This document shows positions 13,433 to 28,449 of a stretch of 64,000 bases of DNA, piece by piece (the first letter of the stretch is position 1; every line of letters starts with the position of its first letter). The notes below the pieces were generated by a model. That model was not told where the DNA came from. It was given only the letters and a program-made list of their open reading frames with translations, and did no database searches. This DNA comes from Rhynchobatus australiae (Eukaryota). The translations under genes and the position numbers were made by a program. The stretch is from contig JAUZTB010000064.1 of the NCBI GenBank assembly GCA_034780895.1, positions 60,746,570-60,810,569 of the forward strand, written 5' to 3'.

Positions 13433-14949
13433 GTGAGTGTCTGCATTTTTCCATTCTTCCACCTTCCTCTCCAACTCCACCCCCACTTCCATATGATATA
13501 TTCATCTTTATATTGATTGCTAAGTTGTAGAGGAACACTTAGAAGAAATGGAAGGTTGAGCTTTAGTATAATTATTTTCATGGCATAATTCCCCATCTCA
13601 AAGATTTTATAGTAACTATTTTACCTCAGAATACAAATTGATTATTCCAACACTTAGTATATAATGCTGGTATCATTTTCACAAATGTAGTTAATTGTGC
13701 AGGCTTCCTCCTGCACAAACTTCTACCACTATGTTTATTAAAAATTGAGCCCATAGGAAAGCAAACACTGGCCTACCGTTAAGAAATGTTATGTGTTTTA
13801 TAAATATGCCTGTTTTGTTTATGTAAATAAGAGAAATTTGCTTGTAGCATTGTAATTTATTTGTGAATAACACCCTATAGCATATTGACCATATTTATGT
13901 TAATCTTTTGCAGATTAGATAATAAGCTTGTAATTTGTACCATGTAACTAAATGTGATGTTACAGTTAGGTTGAGACAAACAGGCTCTCTTGGAACTACA
14001 TCAAATTGATTTTTCTTCATTTCAGAATAAATAATGTCTGGTTGATAATTTCTTCCGTTGAAAGTTCTAACAAGTGTGCTCAGCAAATCATATAGCTAAT
14101 TAGTGAAAGAAACAGATTCAGTTGCTCTGTTTCACTTTCAGTTTTTCCATAATAATATAAATGAGATTAGTTAACCATTGGTATCAACAGTGTTATTACT
14201 CGTTCTTAAACACAGGAGTAAGTTACATGATGACACTTCACTGTGAGATGCAAGATACTCCCATAGAAAACTGGCTGCCTTCAGTTAAGAATATGTCATT
14301 TTTCTAACTGCACTGTTGGCAGTGTATTTTCAAAACCCTAATGGGCCCATTCAATATTTCAACAACATTATATCTGGTGCTTTAAATTCACGTCTTGAAG
14401 AAACTGATTCGAAAAAAGCTTTGAATTGATGAATAAGTTTGATTTGATCAATCAATACTTTCTTGTATTCATAATTTTCATTCATCTTAACATTCATAAT
14501 TTTCAGTGTTGACATTTACAACCATCCTGTTTTGTAGCACGGAAGAAAGCTGTTTGGCTGTTTGTGCCTCTACCAACTCTGCTAAGGCATTTCAAAACAT
14601 GTAATACCATGTATTTTTCTTGAACTATGTGTCTTCTGCAAAAAAATGTTTATCTAATGTTCCTTTGAAAAGTAATGGTTTCTGTTTCACCACCTCTGCT
14701 CACAAAACATTCCATCCTTCAACAAGAATTCTTCCAGCCTTTTTTGCTTTCTTAGTAATTTTGGATTTATGCTTTTTACTCACTAACTTTCAATCTACAG
14801 AACTAGTGTTCCCTGTTAATTCTATTAAAAGTAGCAAATCTTCACAGCTGTATGGTTCTCTCCCCGAATTTTACAAAGAGTAGCTGCATAGTGCTGTAAC
14901 TATACATCTTCCAAAATTCTCTTGATTTATGAATTATTTTGTTAGGTCA

Positions 14950-15790
14950 GAAGACTGTTCATGTCAGTTCACTATTTCAAAAACACAAACAGGAGGGGAT
15001 TGGCAAATTACAGACCCATTATCCTAAGGACAGGGTATATAAAGACTTGAGTTTTAGCTGATCAGCATGCACCCATTGGATTTGTAAAGCGTAGATCTAG
15101 CCTAGTGAGCCAGATTTGAATTTTTCTTTTTGAAGGGATGACCAAAGTAGNNNNNNNNNNNNNNCCCCCCCCCCAACAGGGGGACTTCCAAATGAAAAAA
15201 TGATGAACAAAATGATTATTAGCTGAATAAAAAGCTCATGGAAATGGAGGAAAGTTATTACTTGGTTAGGAAAATGCCTGAGTGGTAGGTGTTAGAAAGT
15301 AGGATTAGTGGGTAAGTACTCAAATTTGGCACAATGTGACTTATGCTCTTCTGCAGCAATCAATATTGGGGCTGCAACTATTCACCGTATAACTATTCAT
15401 GATTGAAAGCTATGTATTGAAGTTTGATGACACAAAGATAAATGGCATTGTAAGTACTAAAGCATTAAATTACAAAGAGATATTAAAAGATTAAGCATGT
15501 AAACTGATTGTGACAAATGGATTTCAGTGCAGGCAAGTGCAAGGTCATTTGTTTTGACTCATACTCTAAATGCTAAGAAGNNNNNNNNNNNNNNNNNNNN
15601 NNNNNNNNNNNNNNNNNNNNNNNNNNNNNNNNNNNNNNNNNNNNNNNNNNNNNNNNNNNNNNNNNNNNNNNNNNNNNNNNNNNNNNNNNNNNNNNNNNNN
15701 NNNNNNNNNNCAGCCATACAAAGACCCTGGTAAGACTATACTTGATGTGTGTGAGTTGTTCTGAACATCACATCTTGAGCATTGCACCCA
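14950..15790 (+). mobile_element. Degenerate CR1 LINE RT fragment (gapped)
   Basis: aattacagacc (NYRP), cagcatgc..ggatttgtaaa and tttgatgacacaaag (FADDTK-like) remnants. Confidence 0.65.
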
Positions 15791-18700
15791 AGGATAGGCT
15801 TTTATCTACTGTGGCGTAGATATCTAAGAATAGGAGATCCATAGTGTAAAAGGCAGAAGTCATAATAGGGAATGGAAAAATTGGCTGAAACAGTATATGC
15901 AGTAAAAGTAGTGACAAACTGAAGTGTGGTGATAACAAACAACAAAATCATTGCTGTAATGGAAGAGAAGGCATTGGACAAATTAAGGGGATCAACAATT
16001 GTAAGATTTATGCTTAATTCAGGATTTGACTGACAAAATCTTAGGGACCATTGGACTACATTCATCAACAATATTTTTGTAAATCACATTGAAGAAGCAT
16101 TTATAGCACATGCACACTTTCTGTTTAACTGTCTCTGTTTATATGATTTATTTTATGAGCTGAGATGACCATTCAGATCTGGAAACTCATTCTTCCTGTT
16201 TCTGTTCTGTCCACATAAGCGCATTCTGTTAGTTTCCAAAATCTTTGCAATTACTAATCCATGTATGTGGCCTTAAAGAATTCTTCCTGTTTAACATTCC
16301 AAAGAGCTAAACTAACTTGTGTGTTTGATGAAAACAAGCAGACTCTGGTTAAATGCAACTTTCATAACACCTCACAAATATTCTTGGGTTTCTGCCAATT
16401 AGCCTTTTCTAAAATGATTCCACAATAACCCCTGTGGTGGCTATACTTTATTCAATGCAAGGAAGACATGGGCATAGACAGGCAGAATGCAGCATGAGTT
16501 ATTTTATCCACTAAGCCTGAGAAGAAGCTGCAATCTCCAAATAATCTCCACTCCTTTTATTGCCATACCTCCCCTGGACAGTATGTTATATCTGGTCCTT
16601 TCAACCACCCATCTTGTTTTTCAGGTTATGTTTATTCAGCAGTTCCAGGTCTCTTGCCAAATGGCTTGCACAACTCTTCCTTCCCTGAAACCACTACTTA
16701 ATATTTTCTTTATATTGCACATCATTATGGAGAGGAGTGGTTGGCTTAATAACAAGTGTGTAAAACTTGCATTCAATTTCCAGTCTAATTACAGGAGTGC
16801 AATGTCATGCAGTAGGATCAAGCTGATTGATATTTGCATCATGCATCCCTCTGCACCCCTTCATCATTGATTGGATGATGACCATTCCAAAAGATGAATG
16901 GATGAGTTTCATGCAAGCATTGGCACTTGGTCATTGTCCTAAGGGAAAGAAATTAGTTAGCTGCTTTGCCAGAAGCAGGACCTTTCCTGTGTATGCTATG
17001 CTATCAAGATTACATTAACCAGTTTAGCCTTGGATCCTCCCAGGCAGGCTGCCAATTCACCTTGCCATAGAATTATGCAGAAAGATGCTCCCCCTTTGAA
17101 CATTTTTGGGAATTACGTTAAAAGTATTCTTACGCCAAATGGTAAAAATGTTTTAAATGTTACAAGATGGATTGCTTGATAAGAGATGGTTATTAACACT
17201 CTCCTATGACTTTCATTGCCTTTCCATAATGAAGCACTCTAAACTGAGTCAGATGTTTTACTTAAATTCATTGTTATTTATTATATGCTTCTATTTATAA
17301 ACCCCTGGATGCTATCATTCTTTTTAATGGCTGCACATAGATTTTCAGGGAATTAAAAACAGTGCCATCTAAGTTTCCTACTCTTTCTGATAAATGACCT
17401 ATATTTTCCTGAAACCAAATGTCCTTTCTTGTCAGCAGTTTTCAAGAGTGTGGTTCCTGCATTCAAGCTCATATATATAGAGCAAAACATAATTGGACCT
17501 ATCCCTGACTTCAGGGGATATCACGTCCTGCACTCCTGTAAAACAAGCAAGATCCATTTACCTTAGTTATTTGGTTTCAAATGTGGTAAACTCTGAGACC
17601 TGCTGCTGCACTTGACATATCTTATACCTGAAATTTGTAAGGTACTTTATTGAATATTATCTGAAAGTTCACTGATACAGCATTGAATGCAATTATTAGA
17701 GCAAAATATTGAATGTGTTTAAAATGTTAAACAGTTTGAGAGTTTGGTTCCATCTGAGCCAAATGCTTCTCTAGATTTCAGATTCAGTTGTTTGAATTTC
17801 CTGTTTAACCAGCAGTGTCGTTTATAACATTTCAGTACTGCTGCCTTGAATGTTGCAAGTGTCTTTTAATAAATATTTTACAAAAGTATTGTGCAACATT
17901 AGGAAAGTATTTCAAAAGTAAATGTGCCTTATTTCATAGCATTGTGAAAGTAGATTTGCTAAGGACATGCTCAAATTTATATCTTAATTATCAAATTTAA
18001 AACTAAAATCTATAAAATTTATGTATTTTGAACTGTGCAAGTTCTCTAAAATACATAATCAGAAAGTGCTTGACAAAAAATCAAAATAACAAGCCACATC
18101 TGTGGAGAGAGAAAATGGAGTTTACCTTTCAACACCATGACATTTTCATAAGAAGTAGAAAATGTTACAGATTTTAGGCAAGTGGAGAAGGGATTGGGGA
18201 TGCAATCAGGAGGAAAAATCAAAAGGGTGGATCAAAATAAAGGCAGAGGTAAATACATAGCAAAAGGGATGATGGTGCAGGATGAGTTAGTTTTCACTTT
18301 GACCAATGCCTTTCTTATCCTTTCTATTAATATGGAGAGCAGACCTCTACACTTTTCCCAAGTATGGTTTAACACAGGTTCAATATACTTAACTCAGTGG
18401 TGCACAGTTCTTCACTGTGGAGGATCAGTTTTCTAATCCAAACTATTTCTAAGCAAACTCATGAAAAACATGCATTAGCTTAACCATACACAATCTTTTA
18501 CCGATATCTTAAAAATATCTGACACAAATGCCTTAGCTCTTGCTGCTTCACTCACTTTCTGCTTTTGACCTTGCTCGACTTGTGCCCATCAAATATCATC
18601 CCCCTCAATTATGCAGCACAGACCTATGCACACCAGTGCTCTATCTATTTTACATAACATATTCATGCCCACCCCAGGACAGAAAACCTTGGTGGAGAAT

Positions 18701-19599
18701 TAAATTTGAACCTGGTCTGGATGGACCCAGAAAATCAGACAGGGTTGCCGTGATTTCAGAAAGCCCAGTGGTTTGGGATCTGGCTCACTAGGTGATGTTT
18801 ACTGCACTCCCTTTCCTCTCATCATGTCTCTAGTTCCTGTGCTCCCTTTCTATTCATTGGAACCCAGTTCCCACACTCTCTTAAAAGTCACCTGGTTCAC
18901 TGGGAAGTTTTTTTTCAAAAGTTGGAAAATACTGCGCAACAACAAAAAAGCAAATTAAATGCAGGTTGGAGTTTTAATAGAAATAACATCCATTAGTCAT
19001 GAAAATCTGCTAGTCTGACACGACCAAAGTAAGACTGTACTGGATTATTAGAGTTTTACTGTAGTCAAGTCCAATCTCAGATCCTCACCCACAGCTACCA
19101 CAGTGCTGATCCTGGTCTCCGTGCACTTTCCTCTGAAGTCACGGGCTACTCCTTTAAGGAGTTGGAGCTACCTGGGCACTTACTGAACTGTTGGCAAATC
19201 AACAGCAGGAGCAGCTAGCAAGGTGAACAGACAGGACTGACGTGAGGTTGCAAGAATAGTGTCTGGACAGGACAAAGCCCCCAGGGCACATGTTGTGCAC
19301 TGCAGGTTTAACATAATTATATAATCATCTGGAAATCGATCTCTTTAATATTTGCCATATTAACTTGTGTCACTGCTTTTAGCCATTTGTGTTTCCTTCA
19401 TTTCTTTATCCCACAAACTCTTATTATGCAAGCAACATATAGTTGCCTCCTCACAGGATGATTAATGTCATTTTGTATTTTTTTTCCAAAATCTTCCTGT
19501 CCATATTAATTAACCCCCAAATTTTGAAAGTATACTTTCATTTCCATCCCAATTATTAAATGTAAATTGATCACAGCAGTGGTTCTTGTATTGATCATC

Positions 19600-19960
19600 A
19601 TGATACTTTGCCTACTAACCTTGGCCAAACTGAGTGGCTGCCCTTGACCCCTGTTGTTTTCAATTCTAGAGCTTGCTGTGCATTCTGCTCCCTCTTTCCT
19701 GAGTCCAAATGCTCTGAATGCAGTCATGGGTCTATCAAAACTCTTAAAGATGTTGTATCCACTGCTTTCCATTGACTTCTCTGCCGCTTCTTAAAAAAAT
19801 TCGATAGGATTATCCTGGCATGAGTTTCTTGTTTGAAATTATGCTGACTACAGTTTTAGTTTTTAAATTTTTTCTATCATTCAATGAGAGGATTTTTCCA
19901 ACTAATAACATTAAGCTAATTGATTTGTGGTTCTCAGAACTTGTTCACTCATCTCGTTAA
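19600..19960 (-). mobile_element. Degenerate CR1 LINE fragment
   Basis: Reverse-oriented CR1 RT remnants (ttggccaaactgagtggc...tggcatgagtttcttg...aagctaattgatttgtggtt). Confidence 0.45.
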
Positions 19961-20982
19961 ATTTAATGATTTACACTGAATTCAAGATTCAACTGATAAT
20001 ATCATTAATAGCCTAAATTCCAACCCAAACTTGGACGAGGAAAGAATCTAAAATTACCTCCTGTTCATGTTGGCAGCCTAAAACTAAAGTTGTGACTAAC
20101 TTGTAGCACAACTGAAAACAATAAACTGAAAGAATATTATTGTGGTTAAATTCCTGCAGTCATATAATTTAAGAAAGACTCTTACAGGCTTATCGTTACT
20201 GTATTGTCAATATGATTTACATCTTTCACTTTGTCACAATCTGTTTAGGGTGCTAAAGGTACATTACAGAAAGCAGTAGCAGGACATGCAAAATCCTTTA
20301 CAATCCCAAATTCAATTAAAATGTAAAAAGATAAATATTTACTTTTTCATTCGTAACTCTGTGAAGTTGATTATATTAATTAAACCCATCATTACTGGAA
20401 CAAAATACTAATTTGATAATTTTATCATGACATTACTATTAAAGTTGTAATTGAACAGACAAATTCTAATTTAAGGAATAAGATTTTGTTGTCTTAGCTA
20501 CTGTAGTTTTTGATTGCATGTGAAATCGATGATTTTTTTTTGGATATTAAGGGATCGGTGTGATGGGATTAGTGCAGGGAAGTAGTGCTAAGGAAAGAGA
20601 TCAGCTATGATCTTTGAATATTGGAGCAGGCACTAGGGGCCAAATGGCCTATTCCTGCTATTTTTTATGTCTAACATAATTTTATGATTGAGTTATTCAG
20701 TTGCATTTTAAATATCATTTTATAAATTTGCCACTGAGCCAAAAATGATTTCTTATAAACATTAGTAACTGTTTAATCTGAAATATTTTTAAATCGGTTG
20801 AGGGGCCTCAAATGACTTAGACGAGTTGAAATTCCTGTGAGTACATCTAACCATCACTCAGTATTTGGGTTTGATCTGTAACAATTTGTAAATTGGTTCT
20901 TATAACACTGGAGCATCTTTGACTGTCACTAATTCTTGATCTCTTTTCTTTCCTTGTTTTGTGACTTCATCCTCTTGCTTAG

Positions 20983-21000
20983 CAAATGGAAGTTCTAGCA
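20983..21000 (+). CDS. FRYL: FRYL 18-nt microexon (QMEVLA)
   Basis: Branch point cactaat at 20927-20933, long pyrimidine tract, tgcttag acceptor, caa atg gaa gtt cta gca, then gtaagt donor. Phase 0-0. Fits the QME.LA peptide preceding ELELCRRLY in FRY/FRYL proteins. Confidence 0.9.
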
Positions 21001-22559
21001 GTAAGTGATGGTTCTTGCCTTCTAGACATCTTAACAGTGTTGGAATTGCAAACTTACATTTGTTTGCTGTGTTTACATTTGTAACCCTGTGGTGTGTCTG
21101 CCATCATTCATATATGTGTACACATGGTTTGCAACTACCAAGGAATGCTATTTATTGCTTCCATGTTGTTTATGCTATTTGTCATTTATGCTTGTGGTCC
21201 TTGTAATCTCTGACATAAATAGGGAAAAGGAAAAATCTTTCATTCAATATCTTCAATAATAATGTAAACTGCATTGGATTTTGTTATTCCGGTATTGATA
21301 AAATGACATTCAGTTGTGAGGTAATTAACATAGCATCAGTTGTTTGATATCAGAAGCAAGTGCAACTTGCATTGGTTATTCTTGACAAGTTAATGTACAA
21401 GTAAGACATTGACATCAGTAATACTGGCTGAATGCTTTAAGAATATGCACTGATGACTTCTCAAGCAGTAGGCAATGATGAACTGAATGGAAAGTATATC
21501 TCAATATTACATTAAGTTATATAACCTTAGAATTGTTACACATAGAAAGAAGCAATTTGGTCCTGAGTAAAGTAACCCTATCAATTCCATGTTCTACTCT
21601 TTTCCTGATTCTTTTGAATAATCCTCATTGACTGTTTCCATCTCCCTTTATAGATGTTGAGTTGATTATAACTAAAATTCTCATATTTTCTCATGATAAG
21701 GAGGAGACCGGTTGGCCCACTGAATATATGCCACCTCTCAACTACTGCAGAAGTAAAAAGATTTTCTTCTTATTCCCGGCAGTTTAAATCTGTGCCCTCA
21801 TTCTTGATACATTCATGATTGAGAAAATCTCTCTATTCATCCTGTCTAACCAGTCATGATCTTTAATACCTCTCAATCCTCTTTGCTCCAAGGAGAACAA
21901 TCATGGTTTCCCCAGCCTAAACCTGAGGGTGAAATTCCATCTCTCTGGAATGCTCAGAAGTCTTTTTAAATTTAGGAAGCATAAAATATCTTTCAAATAA
22001 GATATTCTAAAATATTTTAAAATGTCTATTTTTCTATCAATTTAGGGTACATTTTATTTAAAATATCTAACAAGTACAGTAAGGCTGAAATAAATGATTA
22101 TCTTATTTTTGAACAGTAAGCCAAGTCTCAAACTTGAAATGTCCCAAAGTTGTCGATTCTTTTCTATCCATTTTTCTTCATAAATTGCACAGAATGGTGA
22201 ATATTAATTATTTACCTTAAATATAGAAGCTGTAAATATTTATTCAGTAATAATTAATTTAAATTTGTAATGAAGTAAATCTTCAAAATCACTTTTTATC
22301 TACCAGAGTGTAAAACTTCACTTTAAAAAAAATACATGTACATTAAAATATCTGAAGTATTATCGCTGAGTTGAAAGTAGTCATTGTTTATAATACAGTT
22401 CAGTTTTTTTTGTCTTATAAATACTGAAGATGTTTCCTATCCTTTTAAAATAAGTTATTGCAACATGAATGTTCTGACATAATATAAAAACTCACTGATT
22501 TGGCATTTAACAACTTCCTTCAATTAACAAACTGGTAGAGGAACTCAGCATCTGTCCAA

Positions 22560-23060
22560 AGGGATGATTGACATTTTGGACTAAGTGTAGAGGAAAAATA
22601 GCCAATATAAAGAGGTGAGAGGGAGGGGTGAGATGGGGGCTGGTTGGTGATGTAAAATTCCATTTGGATAGTCTGCAACCCAATGGTATGAACATTGAAC
22701 TTGCCAGTGTCATGTAACCCATGCCTCCTGTGTTCCTTCCCTGCTCCTACCCTTTCCTTTGTTTACTTCTCCCTCACCTCCCCACCTGGTTCCATCTGCT
22801 CATCACCACCGATCTATCCACCTGGGTTTCTTCTCCCCTGGCCTACCTATCCTATCCTCTTTCCCCATCTGCCCATCATCTGTGTACCAGCCCCTGTCTA
22901 ACCCCTCCCTTGGTTATCTTTCTTCTGCACTCTCAGTCCTGATGCAGGGTCTCAACCCGAAACATCGACCATCCTTTTGCCTTGACAGACGTTACTTGAC
23001 TTGCTGAGGTCCTCCAGTGGTTTGCTTTTTCCTCCAGATTCCAGCATCTGCAGTCTTATC
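22560..23060 (+). mobile_element. Penelope-like element 3' region with hammerhead-like motif and terminal module
   Basis: ttggatagtctgcaacccaatggtatgaacattgaa (PLE ORF end, L..LQPNGMNIE), a pyrimidine-rich tract, gtcctgatgcagggtctcaacccgaaacatcgac, then ccagattccagcatctgcagtc. Confidence 0.65.
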
Positions 23061-24789
23061 TCTCCACTTCCTTCAATTATTTTGTTTAACAGTAATTTTC
23101 AGAAATTGTGTTAGATATTTGGCATTTGAAGTACTGTAGTAAATATTAGCAAATTAAGAAAACCTGAAACTGCACTGAGAAAACAAGTAGAGAAATGAAG
23201 GCAATAAAAAAATAGTAATTTTTAACAATTTTAATGTGAAATTTAACATTTTAGCAACTAAACACATCTCTTTAAGATGTTACAGCAGGTTGAATCTTAA
23301 ATTATCTGTCTCACTTATTATGAAGACAAGTAGTAATTTTGCAGTAAATGCTAAATGTATGGAAGAAAAGAAACTTCAAGTGGACCTTTAGAGTCATTAG
23401 GCAGGAACACAGACCAGTGCTCTATGATGTCACAGTTAAAATCTGAAAATATTCACAAGTGAATGATTTGACTCATTGAAGCTTGTCTCTTTTTTGTACC
23501 AGTGTTATCCAAGTCAGAGTTCCATTTGGCTTTTACCCTCTTACATTGACATGTATCACATTTCACTGATTAAAATACTAGACGTTGGTCCAACAGTTTC
23601 ATTGTAATGTTTAGGTTTCATCTTATCTGTACGATAATTGATAATTTTTGTTTGATAATGTTCCTGTGAAACACTGCAAGACGCATTACTACATTAAAAG
23701 TGATACATCAATTCAAGTTGTTACTTTCTGGGCATACGTTAATTGATTGCATTGCTCTATGGGTACTGTGAAATCAGTATTTGAAAATTAAGTAGAACCT
23801 TGGAGTTTAAACTACTAGTGGTGTATGGCTTAAACTCTTAATAAACTATTAACAATACATTATTCCATGTTTAACAAGCAAAAGTCATTACATTTCCCAG
23901 AATTTTTCAATACTGGTTAACAAACAAAAATATTGAAACTATTTGTACATATTTTAGCAAAGCATTATAGTTTTGTTAAATATAATAGTAATTAATAAAC
24001 ATTTTATCACATTATTAAATTACAAGATGGTGTTGATAGTTAAATATTCACTTGCAAGGCTATTATTACAGCATGTTTACAAGTTTGAATGTAATATATT
24101 CTGAACTATGTTNNNNNNNNNNNNCCCATAATTCTGATTGCACAAAGTATCTATAGAGTTTCACTCCTCCAACAACAATCTGCGGTGTAATTTTCAACAC
24201 TTATTTTTACTTTTCTGAAATTAATTCATGTGAATTGTTATGGACTGAGTCAAATGAAGGTGTGGTGAACAACTGCCTTTCATGCAAGAAGGCAGGTGGA
24301 AAATTTAATATTAAACGTGGGTGTGTCAAAAGTAGGACGGTAAATGAATGAGAGTTCTGGGAAGCCAGAACAATTAAAGGTTGGAAAATACACAAAGAAG
24401 GATTCTGGCTGTGCTTAATGGGATGTCATAACATGCAAAGATTATAATGAATTTGGCAAGTGAATTAAAGGCACAGATAATTGTTCAAGTATGATATTAT
24501 AGCGATTGCTGAACATAGCTTAATGAGGTGCAGGAATCATAGCCTTGTTGTTTTGGTTACATGATTTCAGGGAGGATGGGAGATTTTTTTAAAAAATCAA
24601 ATAAAATATACTGATGTTTTAGAAATAAAGAGCAAGAAGATAAGGAAAGAATGGGGCTGATTAGGGACCAAACTCTTTTGTGAAGATGGCCACTTTGTGC
24701 AAGTATGTGTTATACATTCAGAATGGTGCCAACATTGTGATGAGGGAGGAAGAGAAACTGTTCGATGAGTTAAACAAAAGAAAAGTATT

Positions 24790-25670
24790 AAAGGATTTAG
24801 CCTAATTGAACGCAGATAATTCGTCACAAGGATGAAATATACCCTGAGCTGGTAAAGAAAGTGGAAGCACTAACCATCATTTTTCAGAACTTCCTGCCGA
24901 CTGGGCTGCTAATACTCTATTGTATAAAAAGGGAGACAGGGATAAGCCAAAGAATTACAAGCCAGGTATTTTATCTACAATGATGGAAAAATTATGGGAA
25001 TCAGTTATGAGGGACAGATTAATCAAAAGATATTCACAGGGATTTGTTAAGCAGAAATGAGCTCTGATTAACAATTGAAAATGTTCAGAAGGTAGAAATA
25101 AAAGCTGGAATTTAAGGAAGAGAGATAAATTGGATCCAAAGTTGGCTCAGTGATATGAAGCATTGAACAGTAGTTGACCGGTGAGTATGGGATTTTATAA
25201 GGGTCAGGGCTTGAATCCTTGATTGTGGTTATATGTATTGGGCTTAAAAGTAGGGGAACTAATAAAGAAGTTTACAATTGATAAAAAAAAAATTGGTGAT
25301 GCAGTTGATAGTGGGAGGAAAGCCTTAGACTCGGAAGGATGAAGATGTGGATGTCTTGGGTTATGTGGATGGAAAAAAAGCAAATGGAATTAAGTCGGGG
25401 AAGTGTGAGGTGCATTTCTGGAGCTGCGGTGAAGCAAAGGAATACATGATAAATGGGAGGATACTGCAAGGTATGTAGAAACAGGAGAATTGCTGAGCAG
25501 AAACCACAGGTCCTTAATGGTTGCAAAACACATCAATAAGGTGTTTAAGAAGACTTGAGAGATGCTGCTGCTGGCTTAACCCCTTGCTGACACTGGAATT
25601 CAACAAAGAATCATGGCTAAGAGAGTGGTTGGTGCATGGAATGCGCTGCCTGGGGTAGTGGTGGAGGCAG
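24790..25670 (+). mobile_element. Degenerate CR1 LINE RT fragment
   Basis: ttgtataaaaagggagacagggataagccaaagaattacaagcca (LYKKG....NYKP) and gagagtggttggtgcatggaatgcgctgcc. Confidence 0.75.
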
Positions 25671-27486
25671 NNNNNNNNNNNNCCATGTCAACTCTTTGTT
25701 TTCCTCAAATTATGAGGAAATTGAAAAGGTTTTGCTGTCCAGAATATTACAACTTCTTTAGTTTTCAGCGAGTAATAAGTTTTCAGGAGCAGCTGTACAC
25801 TTTGCTTAAAAGAGATCACAAATTCATTCACAGTTCAAGATAGAAGGAACTAGATTCTATGTGAAGCTGTATAACTGAGACAGGATCAATGTAGCATAAT
25901 TCTCATTAAAATGTGCACATGCTCACCATGAATAAATGTTATCTATATCAAACTCCATTCTAACAAGATTATATCTACCAAGGTTATCTGTGGCCAAGAG
26001 TTCACACTGAATGTGTACTTAAAAAGGACATGTATGTAGGTTCATGGAGTATGGGCAGGGAAGTAAATGAATTTCTGACAGACTTGATAGCCTCTCTTTG
26101 TAATTCTGTGGTTCAGATAAATGTCTGGAATTTAGTAAATTAAAATAAATATGTATTTGACCCAAGGAGAAGCATTTTAAATTGAAGACATTCAGTCAAA
26201 TTAGACCTTTTTAAAACTGGTATTTGGAGAATGTTTTATCATTTTGAACAGTTCTAAATGTAATGACTAATAAGATATCAAGGAAATAGGTTTATTGTGT
26301 ATCGCTGGTCACCGAGGGACAAAGGTCACTGAGTAGGAACAGACCCTGTATTGGTGTAAGGCATTAGTTGCAAATTTTGTAAAATGGGTGAAACATCTGT
26401 TGTTTTTATAGTGCATAAACATCATTTTTTTTTAAAAAAATTAGAAACTGGGAATTGCAAGGTAAACTTCTGTTCAGTCCAGGCTCAGAATTATATTACA
26501 GATTTGTATGGGATATCAGCATCATTTTCATTGTTTCTGTTACTTACGGGTATATTATTGATTACACCTGATTGAGTGTGATCGTCATCTTCTATCATAT
26601 GGCAATCTGATATTCAACACTGGAATGGTCTGTCCAGGTTTCAATCTCAAATTATAGTTTCTGGTGCTACTTGGTGGATAGTTAGGAACACATACCCCCA
26701 CCTGTGTCTTGGGCAATGGTTTACAATGTGGTCCACGATCAGTTTTTTGTGTACAGTCAAATTGGGTGGGGTGGTGGCAGTGGGGATTGCAACAGCAGTT
26801 GGTGGAGAGTAACTGGTGGATTTGATTTCTATCCATTGAGTGGGTGGTCACTTCTCCTCATGGGTAGTAATGTATTAGTTGCTGGTTGCCAATATTCTGT
26901 CAGTCTAGTTGCATTTTTGTGGAATCAGTAAGCATCTGTTGAGCACATTCTCCAGAACTCCTTCCTCCTTAAGAGTAGTCACATCATTTTATATTATAAT
27001 ACTATATGGGAATCATAAACCAAATGTAAAATTTTGCTTTTTACTTAATGACTTTAAAGTACCATATTGTTAGGCATAGTGCTAATTATCAGTCCAGCAG
27101 TGGAATTGAAAATTACTTTGTGGGAAATATTTTGCTACATTTGCTAAGAGCCTTGTTCCTGAAAGTCGTATATTAAATTAATGTTTAGTAGTGGTTAACA
27201 TTGTCACAGCAAATGCTAGCTCCTTTGTGTCAGGTGCACCTATGTGAATTTTTTTAATGCTTTCTTTACTGGAATTGGAACTGAGTGTAATGCAAGGCTC
27301 AGCTTTCATCTGCATTTCATCAGCTTTATATTGTATCAGCTCTTTTTAAGATGGAAATTACTTTGTACACTTAGTAAGTAACCATCTTTAATATTTCATT
27401 TCAGAAAGTTCACCAGTATATCTTCATATTATTTCATATGTAACAAGTTATGATACCAATTTATCTATGTTCACTCTTTTTAATAG

Positions 27487-27648
<162 letters not shown>

Positions 27649-28449
27649 TAGTGATTTATCCACCTTGAATTCTATTGTGTGTAACTTTGTTAAAGTCAGC
27701 TTTCTTGCTACTTAACAATTAGGTAACAATTATTCTAACATTTGTTCTCCAGTAATTGTTCCATGTATTTCCAAAGTAAATCTCTTCTCGCACATGACAG
27801 AATTTGTAAAGAAAAATTGATGGAAGATGTATATTTAAAACTTCCACCATATTTTAAAGCCAATAATTCAGTTTGCTCCATCACAGAGCCTTTCTGCCAT
27901 CTCTTGAAATTTTCTCCAAGTATTTCTCATGCTTATTTTTAGCCCTGCAAACTCCCTGTATGGTCCTACATGTACTTTCCCTTCCCTGTCATTGTCCCAC
28001 TGAACATTTACTGTTAGATGTAATGTGTTTTTTTTTTAAATACATTTTTAAGCCACTTCATTATTCATTGCAGTGGCAGCATTGTGTTAAAAGTGCAAAA
28101 CATTTATAGCAGCACACATAAATGTGTAAAACATTCATAGCAGAATAGTTTTCTGCAACAATATCTGTATTATGTAATAAACCTGATGTGGTTAAGAGCC
28201 TAAAGTTGCACAAACATTTATCGTAATAGCTGTCATAACAAGACTGAGTTCACAGTAGTGTTCAAAAGGNNNNNNNNNNNNNNNNNNNNNNNNNNNNNNN
28301 NNNNNNNNNNNNNNNNNNNNNNNNNNNNNNNNNNNNNNNNNNNNNNNNNNNNNNNNNNNNNNNNNNNNNNNNNNNNNNNNNNNNNNNNNNNNNNNNNNNN
28401 NNNNNNNNNNNNNNNNNNNNNNNNNNNNNNNNNNNNNNNNNCTCCAAAA

